IMG/VR virus record: IMGVR_UViG_3300050821_003948
Span: 3,253-67,252 of that record
Source of the DNA: a virus
Length of the DNA: 64,000 nucleotides
Reading direction: 5' to 3' (one strand)
Made by a program: the position numbers and the translations under genes. Shown in pieces: positions 38,201-46,878 of the stretch (positions within the stretch are counted from its first letter, which is position 1; each line of letters begins with the position of its first letter). The notes below the pieces were generated by a model. It saw only the letters and a program-made list of their open reading frames with translations, had not been told where the DNA came from and did no database searches.

Positions 38201-38988
38201 CACTCGATGCCGTCGAAAACTACCTGTTAAACAAGAGCTAACAGGGACCGCAGATGCCGTGGCATGAATGGCTCTTAGTAGGACTGATTGTGCTGGGCGT
38301 GGCCCGATTTATCTACTGGCAATGGACATGGGGAAAATGATGGGCGATCCGAAAGACGAACCGCAGCGCCTAACAATCGATGAGATTGAGGCGCTTTTGA
38401 ATTCCGATACTGACATCGAACTCGACATTTTGCCGAATGGCGAAATACGCGCGAACAAATCAAAGGAGAAGGTGGGGCCGTTCAAGGTCCTGACCATGCG
38501 CGAAAAGCTCGGCGGGGAATACGGGTTCTCCCGACAGTAGACAAGTTAACACGAAGGAGCTGGGAATGAGCGTCAAAGAAATCACAGCAGAAGAAACCGG
38601 CAAGATCGCCGGCATTCTCGAAACCAAATGGTCCGAAATGTCATCGGACAATACGCGGCTAACTGCTGAAAATGAGTCGCTGAATGTCTCGCTCGATTTA
38701 ATGACGCAAGACCGTAATTACTGGCGGGAGCGTGCCGAAACGCGCGAAAGGGAACGGGACCGCGCGCGCACTGAGCGAGAATATATGTTGCAGCAGTGGC
38801 TCGGAGTAATCGCCATTGCCGAGGAAACCAAGAACGAAGTATTGAGCGGACGAATCTCGCGGACGGGAGCGGAACAAAAATCGGCCACGTTAACAGATGC
38901 CGCTGAAAGTGAATTGAAACGGCTGGGAGCGAAGTATGGCGGGAACAACAATCCTACCGCCGCCTTGGTTGCCACTATTCCTTTGTAG
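35274..38988 (+). other. Run of short co-oriented hypothetical early genes (35274-35465, 35478-35687, 36081-36287, 36318-36515, 36518-36736, 36733-36918, 37048-37272, ~37298-37693, 37723-37977, 38002-38241, ~38338-38540, 38566-38988)
   Basis: Tightly packed 60-140 aa ORFs, many with SD-like sequences; 36518 carries the DUF551-like W..IE.APKDG motif. Confidence 0.55.
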
Positions 38989-39148
38989 GCTTCAACGAAT
39001 AGGTCACCGACTTAACCACACGCTCGCACTTCGGACACCAGAAATTCTGAATCGCAAGATCAGCGCGGCTCGGGTGAAGATCGATATCCGATTCGACAAT
39101 CTTGCCGTGGCACACCGGACAGGTGCCGTTGGGGAGGCGCATAGCGGT

Positions 39149-39586
39149 TCACGGCGGCAGCGCCGGCGAGTTTCTTCTTGGTGTAGCGTTATTGTTATCG
39201 ATGATGATCAGCGCCGCCGCTATTTGCCGGTTGATGTCAGTGATCTGCGCCTGGATCAGATCGATCCGTTTGTCGGTGGCTGTATTGATGGCGTCGATTG
39301 TTTTTTGCTCGACCGGTTCGTGAGCAAGCCGCGGAGCGATGATCCTCAATTGCGATTCAAGGCCATTTAATCTGTCTTTTAATTCCGTCGAACTGCGGAT
39401 CAAATCATCGCGGTTCGTATTGTAATAGAGAAGGGATTGATTGCGATCCGCTGTCGCCACGTCCTTAACGCTGGAAAATTCGTTCTGAAAAATAGTCCAG
39501 CCAGCGCCCGCTAAAGATATGCAGATAGCAGCGCCGCCAACAACCGTTGCCCAAGACAGTTGAAGATCACCCCTCCCGTCAGCCAC
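39149..39586 (-). CDS. Membrane-anchored coiled-coil protein
   Basis: N-terminal TM segment, coiled coil; end of the lysis region. Confidence 0.5.
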   Translation of the reverse strand: MADGRGDLQLSWATVVGGAAICISLAGAGWTIFQNEFSSVKDVATADRNQSLLYYNTNRDDLIRSSTELKDRLNGLESQLRIIAPRLAHEPVEQKTIDAINTATDKRIDLIQAQITDINRQIAAALIIIDNNNATPRRNSPALPP

Positions 39587-39587
39587 A

Positions 39588-40055
39588 TCACGGCCCGACT
39601 ATTTCAAACGGCACTGGCGGCTGGGTGAACACTTTGGTTTTGATCGGATTGATCTGATAAACGCCCTGGAACACATAGTTGTACTTTCCCGGCGCAAGGT
39701 CGCGCGGCAACTCGACGGGACGATCATGTTTGGTGCAATTGATTCCGGGATCAATATAGTTGCCGTTCAAAAAGTGCATGAAGCCGCCCGTTCTATCTCC
39801 GCTCGGAACGATAGGGCCAGCAATCATGCGAATGCCTGTCCCTGGAACGCCGGGACGTATCTGGCAGACATCGACGTGCAAGGTGATAATGTCGCCCGAA
39901 CGATGAGGCACATCCGGAAGAAGCATGATGCTGTGAACGACGACGGGATCGGGATCGTCAAAGAATTCCCAATAGACCGTCACGCAAACAACAATGATCC
40001 AGCTTGCCGTTGCTGCCGGCGTGAGGCGATGAAGCCATTTCAGCAAGCAGGTCAT
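39588..40055 (-). CDS. Membrane-anchored hypothetical protein
   Basis: TM segment, then LP.DL.PGKY.Y..NP motif; likely start MTCLL. Confidence 0.5.
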   Translation of the reverse strand: MTCLLKWLHRLTPAATASWIIVVCVTVYWEFFDDPDPVVVHSIMLLPDVPHRSGDIITLHVDVCQIRPGVPGTGIRMIAGPIVPSGDRTGGFMHFLNGNYIDPGINCTKHDRPVELPRDLAPGKYNYVFQGVYQINPIKTKVFTQPPVPFEIVGP

Positions 40056-40285
40056 TTCCCAATGTTGCTCGTGATCCATGCCCAGGATTTGAGTATACCA
40101 CCGATGCCTACGAAGACCGCGCCGAGAACCCAAACGAGCCTCCAAATCAATTGGCCGGCTTTGTAAGCATCCATGATCGGTTTGGCCTCTTTCTGAAACG
40201 CCTCTAACTCATCGAGACGTTCGTCGATAGACTTTTGGTGAGGCATCCAGCTTCCCAGCGCAGCAACCGCAGTGTTCACGTTCAC
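40052..40285 (-). CDS. Small TM protein
   Basis: C-terminal hydrophobic helix. Confidence 0.45.
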   Translation of the reverse strand: MNVNTAVAALGSWMPHQKSIDERLDELEAFQKEAKPIMDAYKAGQLIWRLVWVLGAVFVGIGGILKSWAWITSNIGK

Positions 40286-40380
40286 ACCTGATTCCTACAA
40301 TCGTACCATGACGAAAGGACTCCCCACTCTCATCCTTAAGTACCATTACACAGGTTTGGTTCAGTACGAAAGTATGGGCC

Positions 40381-41061
40381 TCACTTATCCGTAAGCATAT
40401 ATCCCGCCAGTACGTCCGCACGAGAGGCGCCAAGCGAATGTCCTGTGATGACAATTTCTTCGGTATCCTTCAAAAGAGGTTTTATCACTGCCCAGGTCTC
40501 ATCCATGCCGAGCAGAAAACCACCCCACATTGGACCAAAGGTCGGATGACTGACGGCAGGCGCAAATCCGACCAGGTCGCGGAGCCAATCGAGCATGGTG
40601 TAGGAGCCGCGAAAAACCACATAGGCGATTGTTCGGGTGTTGCCGACAGGACCACCAAAGCTGATGCCCCAGGCGACGCCGGTCGTGTCCTGTCGCTCAT
40701 CCCATACGAAAGGAGGGTCGCCGGGATAGGCATAGATCGCCCTGCAAAGGGCGGCAGCGTGACCATGCTGTGCGGGTAGCCCTGCCGCGCCTTCATCGTA
40801 AAGACGCATATGGTGCCATGCGAAGAGGCCAAGCGGGTCGTTATCGTCGGGTTTAGCACTGACAAACGAAAGCACCGTGGGATGGACAAAGTTCAATTTC
40901 AACGCCGGAATAGTGATCGGCAAATCCGTTACGCGGTCGTGTTCAAGCGGCCCGGTGCGATTGCAGTAGCTCACGCTTTCCGTAAGCGAGCCGAGAAGCC
41001 CGGCGAATCTTGCTTCGCCGGGCTTCGGTTCGCCGAACACGATGCGGCGGATGAGGGGCAT
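40381..41061 (-). pseudogene. Class 3 lipase, apparently C-terminally truncated
   Basis: VVFRGS...DW, GGF, ITGHSLG; stop only 16 aa after the nucleophile elbow. Confidence 0.55.
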
Positions 41062-41873
41062 TATAGACCGAAGTCGTAGCTCAGCCGCGTCCAATACTGC
41101 GTGCCGAGATTGGCGCCGGCACCGAACGTGAGCGGAGCGCCGTTGGTGGCAAACACGTTGCCCATGCTAAAACCCTTGACGGGGAACGCGATGCCGGCAG
41201 AGGCGTCGATAGCGCCGCCGTTGGGCTTGCCGTTGGTACCGAGCGTTGGCCAGATGAAGCCGCCCGTGACCATCGGATAGACGCCGACTGTGGTGCCATT
41301 GGCCATGCCGAACGAGCCGCTGACCCCGGCTTCCTTGAGGCCCACACCGATGTATTGCTTGGGTGTCCCCACCGGGACAGTCGGGGTGATCGGCGTGATG
41401 GTCGGAAACAAGTTGACGTTACCGAGCGTAGGAAGGGCCGCGAGGACGCGCTGCAGCCACTCGACGCCGATATCGAATTCCTGCGTCGAGGACCACCGGC
41501 TTGCGATTGACGCGCTGGCGGCGCTTGTGGTGGCCGTGGCGCCTACCGTGTTGGTGCCCGTGATGTTCTGCCAGGCGCCCGTGAACTTACCCCTGCACCA
41601 GCCGATGGCGCAGTTGCCGATGTAGCCGAATTCACCGCCCACAGCGCCGCCGGTTGCCGTGAGATTGCCGGATGCGAAGCTCGTGGCGAAAACGTTGGTG
41701 CCACTCACATTGGCTTGGGCAACGTCGGCTTCGGTCAGGATGCCGACGTACCAGCCGGAACCGGCCGTAGCCGCCGCAGGAGCTTTGAGAAATGGCACAG
41801 GCATATCCGCCGCCATCGCAGCGGTCGAAGTCAGGAGCGCGAGGCCCCCGAGGATTCCAAACAGTTTGCGCAT
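41061..41873 (-). CDS. Outer-membrane beta-barrel protein (Rhizobiales Omp/RopB-like)
   Basis: Signal peptide then AADMP..KAP, SGWYVG, C-terminal LSYDF. Confidence 0.65.
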   Translation of the reverse strand: MRKLFGILGGLALLTSTAAMAADMPVPFLKAPAAATAGSGWYVGILTEADVAQANVSGTNVFATSFASGNLTATGGAVGGEFGYIGNCAIGWCRGKFTGAWQNITGTNTVGATATTSAASASIASRWSSTQEFDIGVEWLQRVLAALPTLGNVNLFPTITPITPTVPVGTPKQYIGVGLKEAGVSGSFGMANGTTVGVYPMVTGGFIWPTLGTNGKPNGGAIDASAGIAFPVKGFSMGNVFATNGAPLTFGAGANLGTQYWTRLSYDFGL

Positions 41874-41953
41874 GATCTTCTCCGATGAGTTGAACTTTAC
41901 GCAGACTGCTCTAGCAGATTCAGTTGTGGCTTTGCTGCAACATACCGGATTAG

Positions 41954-42017
41954 TTTTGTTTGGTTAGCTTGGCTACCTTGGCTCTCACACCACCGAGAGG
42001 GTTTTACGGCCATAGAG
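41954..42017 (+). repeat. Bipartite site, family B (left-type)
   Basis: ttttgtttGGTTAGCTTGGCTACCTTGG-N22-TTACGGCCATAGAG. Confidence 0.92.
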
Positions 42018-42025
42018 TCTTGCAA

Positions 42026-42142
42026 TCACCCGAGATATATCTTCGCGCCAATGAGAACCACCCACATTCCAACGCCGACAATTGCGATGGCGCGTATTGT
42101 TTGTTCAATTGGTCCACACTCCTTCCACGGCGTCATCTTCAT
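42026..42142 (-). CDS. 38-aa single-TM microprotein between two B sites
   Basis: Manual translation MKMTPWKECGPIEQTIRAIAIVGVGMWVVLIGAKIYLG. Confidence 0.5.
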   Translation of the reverse strand: MKMTPWKECGPIEQTIRAIAIVGVGMWVVLIGAKIYLG

Positions 42143-42152
42143 TTTCTCGAAC

Positions 42153-42215
42153 CCCAATGGCCGTAAGAATCTCACAGAACTTTTGAGAGACTAGGTAGCC
42201 AAGCTAACAAACAAA
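42153..42215 (-). repeat. Bipartite site, family B (right-type)
   Basis: atggccgtaagaatctcacagaac...aggtagccaagctaacaaacaaa. Confidence 0.9.
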
Positions 42216-42216
42216 T

Positions 42217-42534
42217 TCAGTACTGATCCGCCGCCGATATCGCCGGACCTTTGCCCAAAATGCCGATGATGATCTGAACGTCCGAATCGAGTGTCGGCAA
42301 TTCAGCGAGCGCTTGCGCGATCAGTGGCTTTGACTTTTCATAAAGCGCTTGGCTCTGAGCAAGCAACGGCTTCGCATTTTCGTAGAGCACATCCCACTGT
42401 TGAAATAGCGGCGCGTTCTCCCGCAGTGTATGCACCAACGCGGCGATGCCCGGCGCGTCGGCTTCGAGCTTGGCGATTTGCGCGTCGCTCAAACCTTCCG
42501 CGTGGCCTGCCATTTCCAGGAGGAAGTTGCTCAT
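42217..42534 (-). CDS. Hypothetical protein (lysis region)
   Basis: TAATG-coupled to the upstream gene. Confidence 0.5.
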   Translation of the reverse strand: MSNFLLEMAGHAEGLSDAQIAKLEADAPGIAALVHTLRENAPLFQQWDVLYENAKPLLAQSQALYEKSKPLIAQALAELPTLDSDVQIIIGILGKGPAISAADQY

Positions 42535-42869
42535 TACGCGGCCTTTTGCGCGACAGCTTGCGCCGCTGCAATCGTACCCACCACCTTCTCGCTCGGCGTA
42601 GCCGCTGCAATGGGCGGCTCAGTCAAAATGGCCTTGACCTGCGGCAACGATGCCGCCGCGTCGATACGCGCTTGGCTACCCATACCCATGCCACTGATGG
42701 TGGTATTAACAGCAGAGCCGATAAACGCGATGATGCCGCACCACGCAGCAACTATCGGAATCCAAGCGGGCGGAATGGCGTTCGTAAGAACGAGTGTTCC
42801 CTGACTTATACCGATTGCGATGGTGACGATAATGCTGATCGTGAATCGCCATTTCGGGTCGATGCTCAT
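42534..42869 (-). CDS. Putative holin
   Basis: Two TM helices; follows the endolysin gene. Confidence 0.6.
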   Translation of the reverse strand: MSIDPKWRFTISIIVTIAIGISQGTLVLTNAIPPAWIPIVAAWCGIIAFIGSAVNTTISGMGMGSQARIDAAASLPQVKAILTEPPIAAATPSEKVVGTIAAAQAVAQKAA

Positions 42870-43465
42870 GTTATTCCTCCTGCCGGAATCATCTTGACCG
42901 CGTCGTTACCAATTTCAACCGAACGTCGAATCCAGTCTTTGCCGAAATACTGAAAGCCGCGCAGCGCCTTGTAGTAAGCCTCACGCTGCGCAGTGAATGC
43001 GCTGATAACCGCGTAGGAGTTTGTGACACCCTTCACCGCCGCCTCAGTCTGTGGCCCCCATACACGATCCGCCGTGATGCCGAGCGCACGTTGCAAGATC
43101 AGAGTGGCCGCACCGGGCCCGGCATTCACCGCCTCATCGAAAAACTGCAAGTCCAACCCTGGCGGCAGTTTCGGGCATTCCGGAAGCCAATAGGAATTGT
43201 AATAGATGTCCGCGCCCTCATCGCGGCTGATCTTGCTCACATCTTGCAGCGGCAGACCTTTGCCTTTGCGATAGGCGTCATACTCGCGCTGGATAATGCC
43301 GCACATCGTCTCGCCGCCCGGATCGTGAGCATCGTTTGAGAAGTTACGGCGATTGCTCCAATCGTTTGGGAGAGGACATTCCTGAATCAAAGTGAAAGGC
43401 CAGCACGCGGCGAAGCGCGGATCGGCAAGTGCTGTTGCTGCGTCGGTCATGGCTTCAAAAACCAC
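42866..43465 (-). CDS. Endolysin, glycosyl hydrolase family 108 with peptidoglycan-binding domain
   Basis: DPGGET.CGI, IY...YW, FD.AVN.G, LQRALG..AD..WGP.T, FGKDW.RR. Confidence 0.88.
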   Translation of the reverse strand: MVFEAMTDAATALADPRFAACWPFTLIQECPLPNDWSNRRNFSNDAHDPGGETMCGIIQREYDAYRKGKGLPLQDVSKISRDEGADIYYNSYWLPECPKLPPGLDLQFFDEAVNAGPGAATLILQRALGITADRVWGPQTEAAVKGVTNSYAVISAFTAQREAYYKALRGFQYFGKDWIRRSVEIGNDAVKMIPAGGIT

Positions 43466-43629
43466 ACATAATAACCGTGAGCCACCATCACGCTCAAAAC
43501 CCCACTTGCGACAACTCCGAGCCCGAGAATGACGCGCTGAAACCCCGTCAACCTTTCCTCAAGCGGATCGTTGACCGAGTCCGGTCTTTCAACCTGCACA
43601 ACGGGAGCGTGACCAAAATGCCTGCTCAC
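43447..43629 (-). CDS. Small TM protein; N-terminus encoded by repeat A
   Basis: FGHAP..RPDSVND followed by a TM helix. Confidence 0.5.
   Translation of the reverse strand: MSRHFGHAPVVQVERPDSVNDPLEERLTGFQRVILGLGVVASGVLSVMVAHGYYVWFLKP
43570..43618 (-). repeat. Bipartite site, subfamily A (long)
   Basis: GTTGACCGAGTCCGG-N19-ggagCGTGACCAAAA. Confidence 0.85.
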
Positions 43630-44148
43630 GAATTCAATCCCTTTATCTGCTCAGGAGTCGCCTGGGGAATCCCACCATGCGCATCGGAAATCAGAATAGC
43701 ACCGCGTTTCGTCAAGTGCATCCCCGCATTGAGCGCCGTCCACATGCCGATGGAGAGAATCTGTTGCGTCGGCTTCCCCTTATTCACGATCACGCAAACA
43801 CCTTCGACGCCTTCCATGAAGCCAACCCAGACATCTTCGACGGAAAGGACCATTGCGTAATTCCTGATTCTATCACGCTTGACCCTGACTCCGCGCACTA
43901 CATCACGTCAAGACTTCGGCCCTTGTTTGCGCAGATTATTGACGATTCCCACAAGTTGATCGCCAGCCATCGGAGCACCGTGACGCCCACGACCAAAGAA
44001 CTGATCCGCGTCGATTTCAGTTGAACGCCTGCGGCCTTTGCGCGGATTGTCTTTCGGTCCCCAGTAGCAGACAATTTCGATGAGCGATGGCCATGTCTCA
44101 TCGGCTTCGATGGATTTGACGCGCGCGAGGTCGCCTGAGAGCTCTGGT

Positions 44149-46878
44149 CTAGGCATGATGGTCCTTTGCGGTTTTGTTTGACTCATTCTCTCGCAGCGCA
44201 GCCTTCGACTCAGCGCGGTCACCCAATCGCTTCAACAAAACAGCTTCATTGTGCGGATAAGGTTTCTTGTACAAGTCCGGCGGCGGACGCTTGGGATGTT
44301 CGTGTTCGATATGAGAAAGCAACCCGTCCATCACTTCCTCGTAGTTGTCCCAATTCAATCCGCGAGCCTTTACCATCGCACGCTCTGCCGCCGTACCGTC
44401 TTCGGCGTGCGCTTTCTCGTAGGACTTTCCCGCGCGCATCGCCTTGTGTTCTTCACGCTCGTGTTCGGCAAGAAACTCCGATGGGTCGATTGACTCGTAG
44501 CCTTTTCCATTCGCGCGCTTCACTGCGATTCGCGTGGGCACGCGGCGATCAATGTAAACGGTTTTATCGTCGTCGGACGATCCAGCGAGGTAGGGCACGT
44601 CGTATTTGCGATTGACGCTTGATTTATCGGCGGATTTGGATTCTACTTGTCCTTTATGCCCCGATTCACCCCCCACCTTGCCGCCCGTGGCGCGCTGTTG
44701 CTGTACGCGACCGCCTGTTTTCTGTGCCTCTACTGGCCCTGGAACGGGCTGCTGCTGGTTCTGGGCGCCCGCGCCGCCTGTAAGCTGCAAAACCGAGGGA
44801 GGCAACGTGGTGGCCTCCCTAGCCCCAGCCATGGCAGCGGCCCGCGACCCAGTTTCCCGCAAAGCCTGACCAATCCGAGGATTTGAGGAAGCCGCCGACA
44901 ACCCACGCGCGATATCCGCCGGGTTGCTGGTCGTAAGTAGTTCCGCCACTCGTTTTGCTGTATTACGATCCACATAGCCCAAGGCCGAACGGAACCCAGC
45001 CGTAATCGCTTCCGGCGCGATGCGCCGCGCTCCCATGCCCCCTAGGAACCCCTCACCAGCACCACGCCAATCGCCCGTGAGATAGCCCCCAGCGGCACCT
45101 CCAGCCAAACCGGCCTCGATCATCTGTCGCGCCGTCGTGGAATTGCCAAGAGCTTTGCGGACCGCGTCGAACACCCGTTCACGGTCCACAAAGGCCCCTA
45201 GGCGGTCTGCCGCAGGCTGTCCCAATACCGCCGCTATCCGTTGTCTTTCCTGCGGTGAATTGTAAATTCGATTTGTCACGTCCTGATTGTCGGAAACACC
45301 TTCCGCCTTGCGTGCCATGGCGTCGGCATAGGACTCCTGAAAAATCTCCCGCTCCGCAGGCTTCATCTGAGCCATCGTGCGTTGCAAATCACGCACGTCA
45401 CCCTTGAAATTCAACGCCTGCTGTCCAGCTTCGATAGCGTTGTTGCCACCAAAATACCGCGCGGCAATACCACGAGCATCGGCAAATTCCGGAACCTGCT
45501 TGTCAAGCTCCGCTTTGAGTTGTTGTTCCAAACCACCGTAAAGAGCAGCATCCGTGTTATTCCCGGCACGGCGCGCTTGTGCTGCCATGCCAGACAGATT
45601 ACGTGATGCATAATCCCAAAATTGTAAATTCGGATAAGGCAACATTCCCTTACCCGGCAAGAACTTTAACTGTCCATCGGGTGTCACATTGACGGGCGGA
45701 TTCATCGCACCGAATCCATCCTTCACCTGAAAATCCTGCCAGCGATTCACAGCGCCGCGTATCGCACCCGCGACGCTTGGCGCCGACGACAGCCTTTCTA
45801 ATTCTGGCGACCAAATAGGGCGGTCGCCAGCTTGATAGGCCGCACCGTAAGCACCACCGCGTTCAAGATCATATTCCGCTTCAAGTTGAGCTTTGGTCTT
45901 AGCAGTATCGGCACCGCCGGAAACCAAGCCACGGATCGTCGAACCAGCCCGATCATTCTGTTCGGCAAACCGATCGGCAACCGTACTCTGAATTAGGGCG
46001 CGACCTTCCGGCGATGTATTCGCCGCGGAGCGCAGTAAAGCACGCGTCGTTTCGCCGCCCAAGTCCGCAGCCATCACAGGCTGGCCCGCAGCGTGCGCAG
46101 CCACATATTCTCCAGGCGTCAAGCCCAAGGTTTGACCGGCCGCCACCTGCGGAGCGTCGGTCGTCAAGGCACCGTAAACCCGGCGGGCCGCTTCCTTCGC
46201 CGGGTCGATCATCCCGCGAACTGCGGAAGCGATAGGACGCCCATAAAGGTCGTAACCGAACTGGAGTCCCTTTCCAATCGCGCTGCCGCCTAACTCACCC
46301 CCGGCACCACCTAAGCCACCCTCGATACCACCAGTCACCGCGCCAATAGCCGCTCCCGGCAATCCACCCTCTCGCGTACCTTCCGCAGCGCCCGTGACGG
46401 CACCATAGCCGGCACCAATTTTAGCACCCTGGACAAGACGCGCCGGCAACCCAGCCACCTGCCCTATAGGCAAAGCTGCCATGGTCGCACCAGCGCCGCC
46501 TAGTTCACCCGCGCCGTAATAGTAAGGGTGTTGCACCTGCGCCGCGTCGCGCTGCCTTTTTGCGTCGTCGCGAGCCGAATGATAAATGCCAGTCAAGCCG
46601 CCAGACTTGTTGATTTGGTCTTCGTAATCTTGCACCTGATCCGGCGGCACATAGCCGCGCGCTTCCGCAGCGCCAACAGCCGCCATAAGGCCGGTTATCT
46701 CGTCAGACCATCCTGCACTGGCGCCAGACTTTAAGCCCTCCCAAGCCGCGCGAGCACCTCCGACCTGCGGAGTAGTAGGAGTTGCATTTGCAGGATCAAA
46801 AGGCGGCGGCGACTCTGCACCAACAGGTGTCGCCGCTGTCGGATCAAAGGGAGGTGGTGCATCGTCTGCCATCGTCAA
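44149..46878 (-). CDS. Large internal virion (DNA ejection) protein
   Basis: 909 aa, Gly/Ala-rich; GASAGWSDE, GNSTTARQ motifs. Confidence 0.7.
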   Translation of the reverse strand: MTMADDAPPPFDPTAATPVGAESPPPFDPANATPTTPQVGGARAAWEGLKSGASAGWSDEITGLMAAVGAAEARGYVPPDQVQDYEDQINKSGGLTGIYHSARDDAKRQRDAAQVQHPYYYGAGELGGAGATMAALPIGQVAGLPARLVQGAKIGAGYGAVTGAAEGTREGGLPGAAIGAVTGGIEGGLGGAGGELGGSAIGKGLQFGYDLYGRPIASAVRGMIDPAKEAARRVYGALTTDAPQVAAGQTLGLTPGEYVAAHAAGQPVMAADLGGETTRALLRSAANTSPEGRALIQSTVADRFAEQNDRAGSTIRGLVSGGADTAKTKAQLEAEYDLERGGAYGAAYQAGDRPIWSPELERLSSAPSVAGAIRGAVNRWQDFQVKDGFGAMNPPVNVTPDGQLKFLPGKGMLPYPNLQFWDYASRNLSGMAAQARRAGNNTDAALYGGLEQQLKAELDKQVPEFADARGIAARYFGGNNAIEAGQQALNFKGDVRDLQRTMAQMKPAEREIFQESYADAMARKAEGVSDNQDVTNRIYNSPQERQRIAAVLGQPAADRLGAFVDRERVFDAVRKALGNSTTARQMIEAGLAGGAAGGYLTGDWRGAGEGFLGGMGARRIAPEAITAGFRSALGYVDRNTAKRVAELLTTSNPADIARGLSAASSNPRIGQALRETGSRAAAMAGAREATTLPPSVLQLTGGAGAQNQQQPVPGPVEAQKTGGRVQQQRATGGKVGGESGHKGQVESKSADKSSVNRKYDVPYLAGSSDDDKTVYIDRRVPTRIAVKRANGKGYESIDPSEFLAEHEREEHKAMRAGKSYEKAHAEDGTAAERAMVKARGLNWDNYEEVMDGLLSHIEHEHPKRPPPDLYKKPYPHNEAVLLKRLGDRAESKAALRENESNKTAKDHHA
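44177..44224 (+). repeat. Bipartite site, subfamily D
   Basis: TTTGACTCATTCTC-N18-CTCAGCGCGGTCACCC; distance 36. Confidence 0.85.

Noticed and set aside
29542-38550. Classical integron attC sites
   Set aside because: The junctions are too short for attC hairpins and the integrase was not recognised as IntI; kept only as an integron-like hypothesis.
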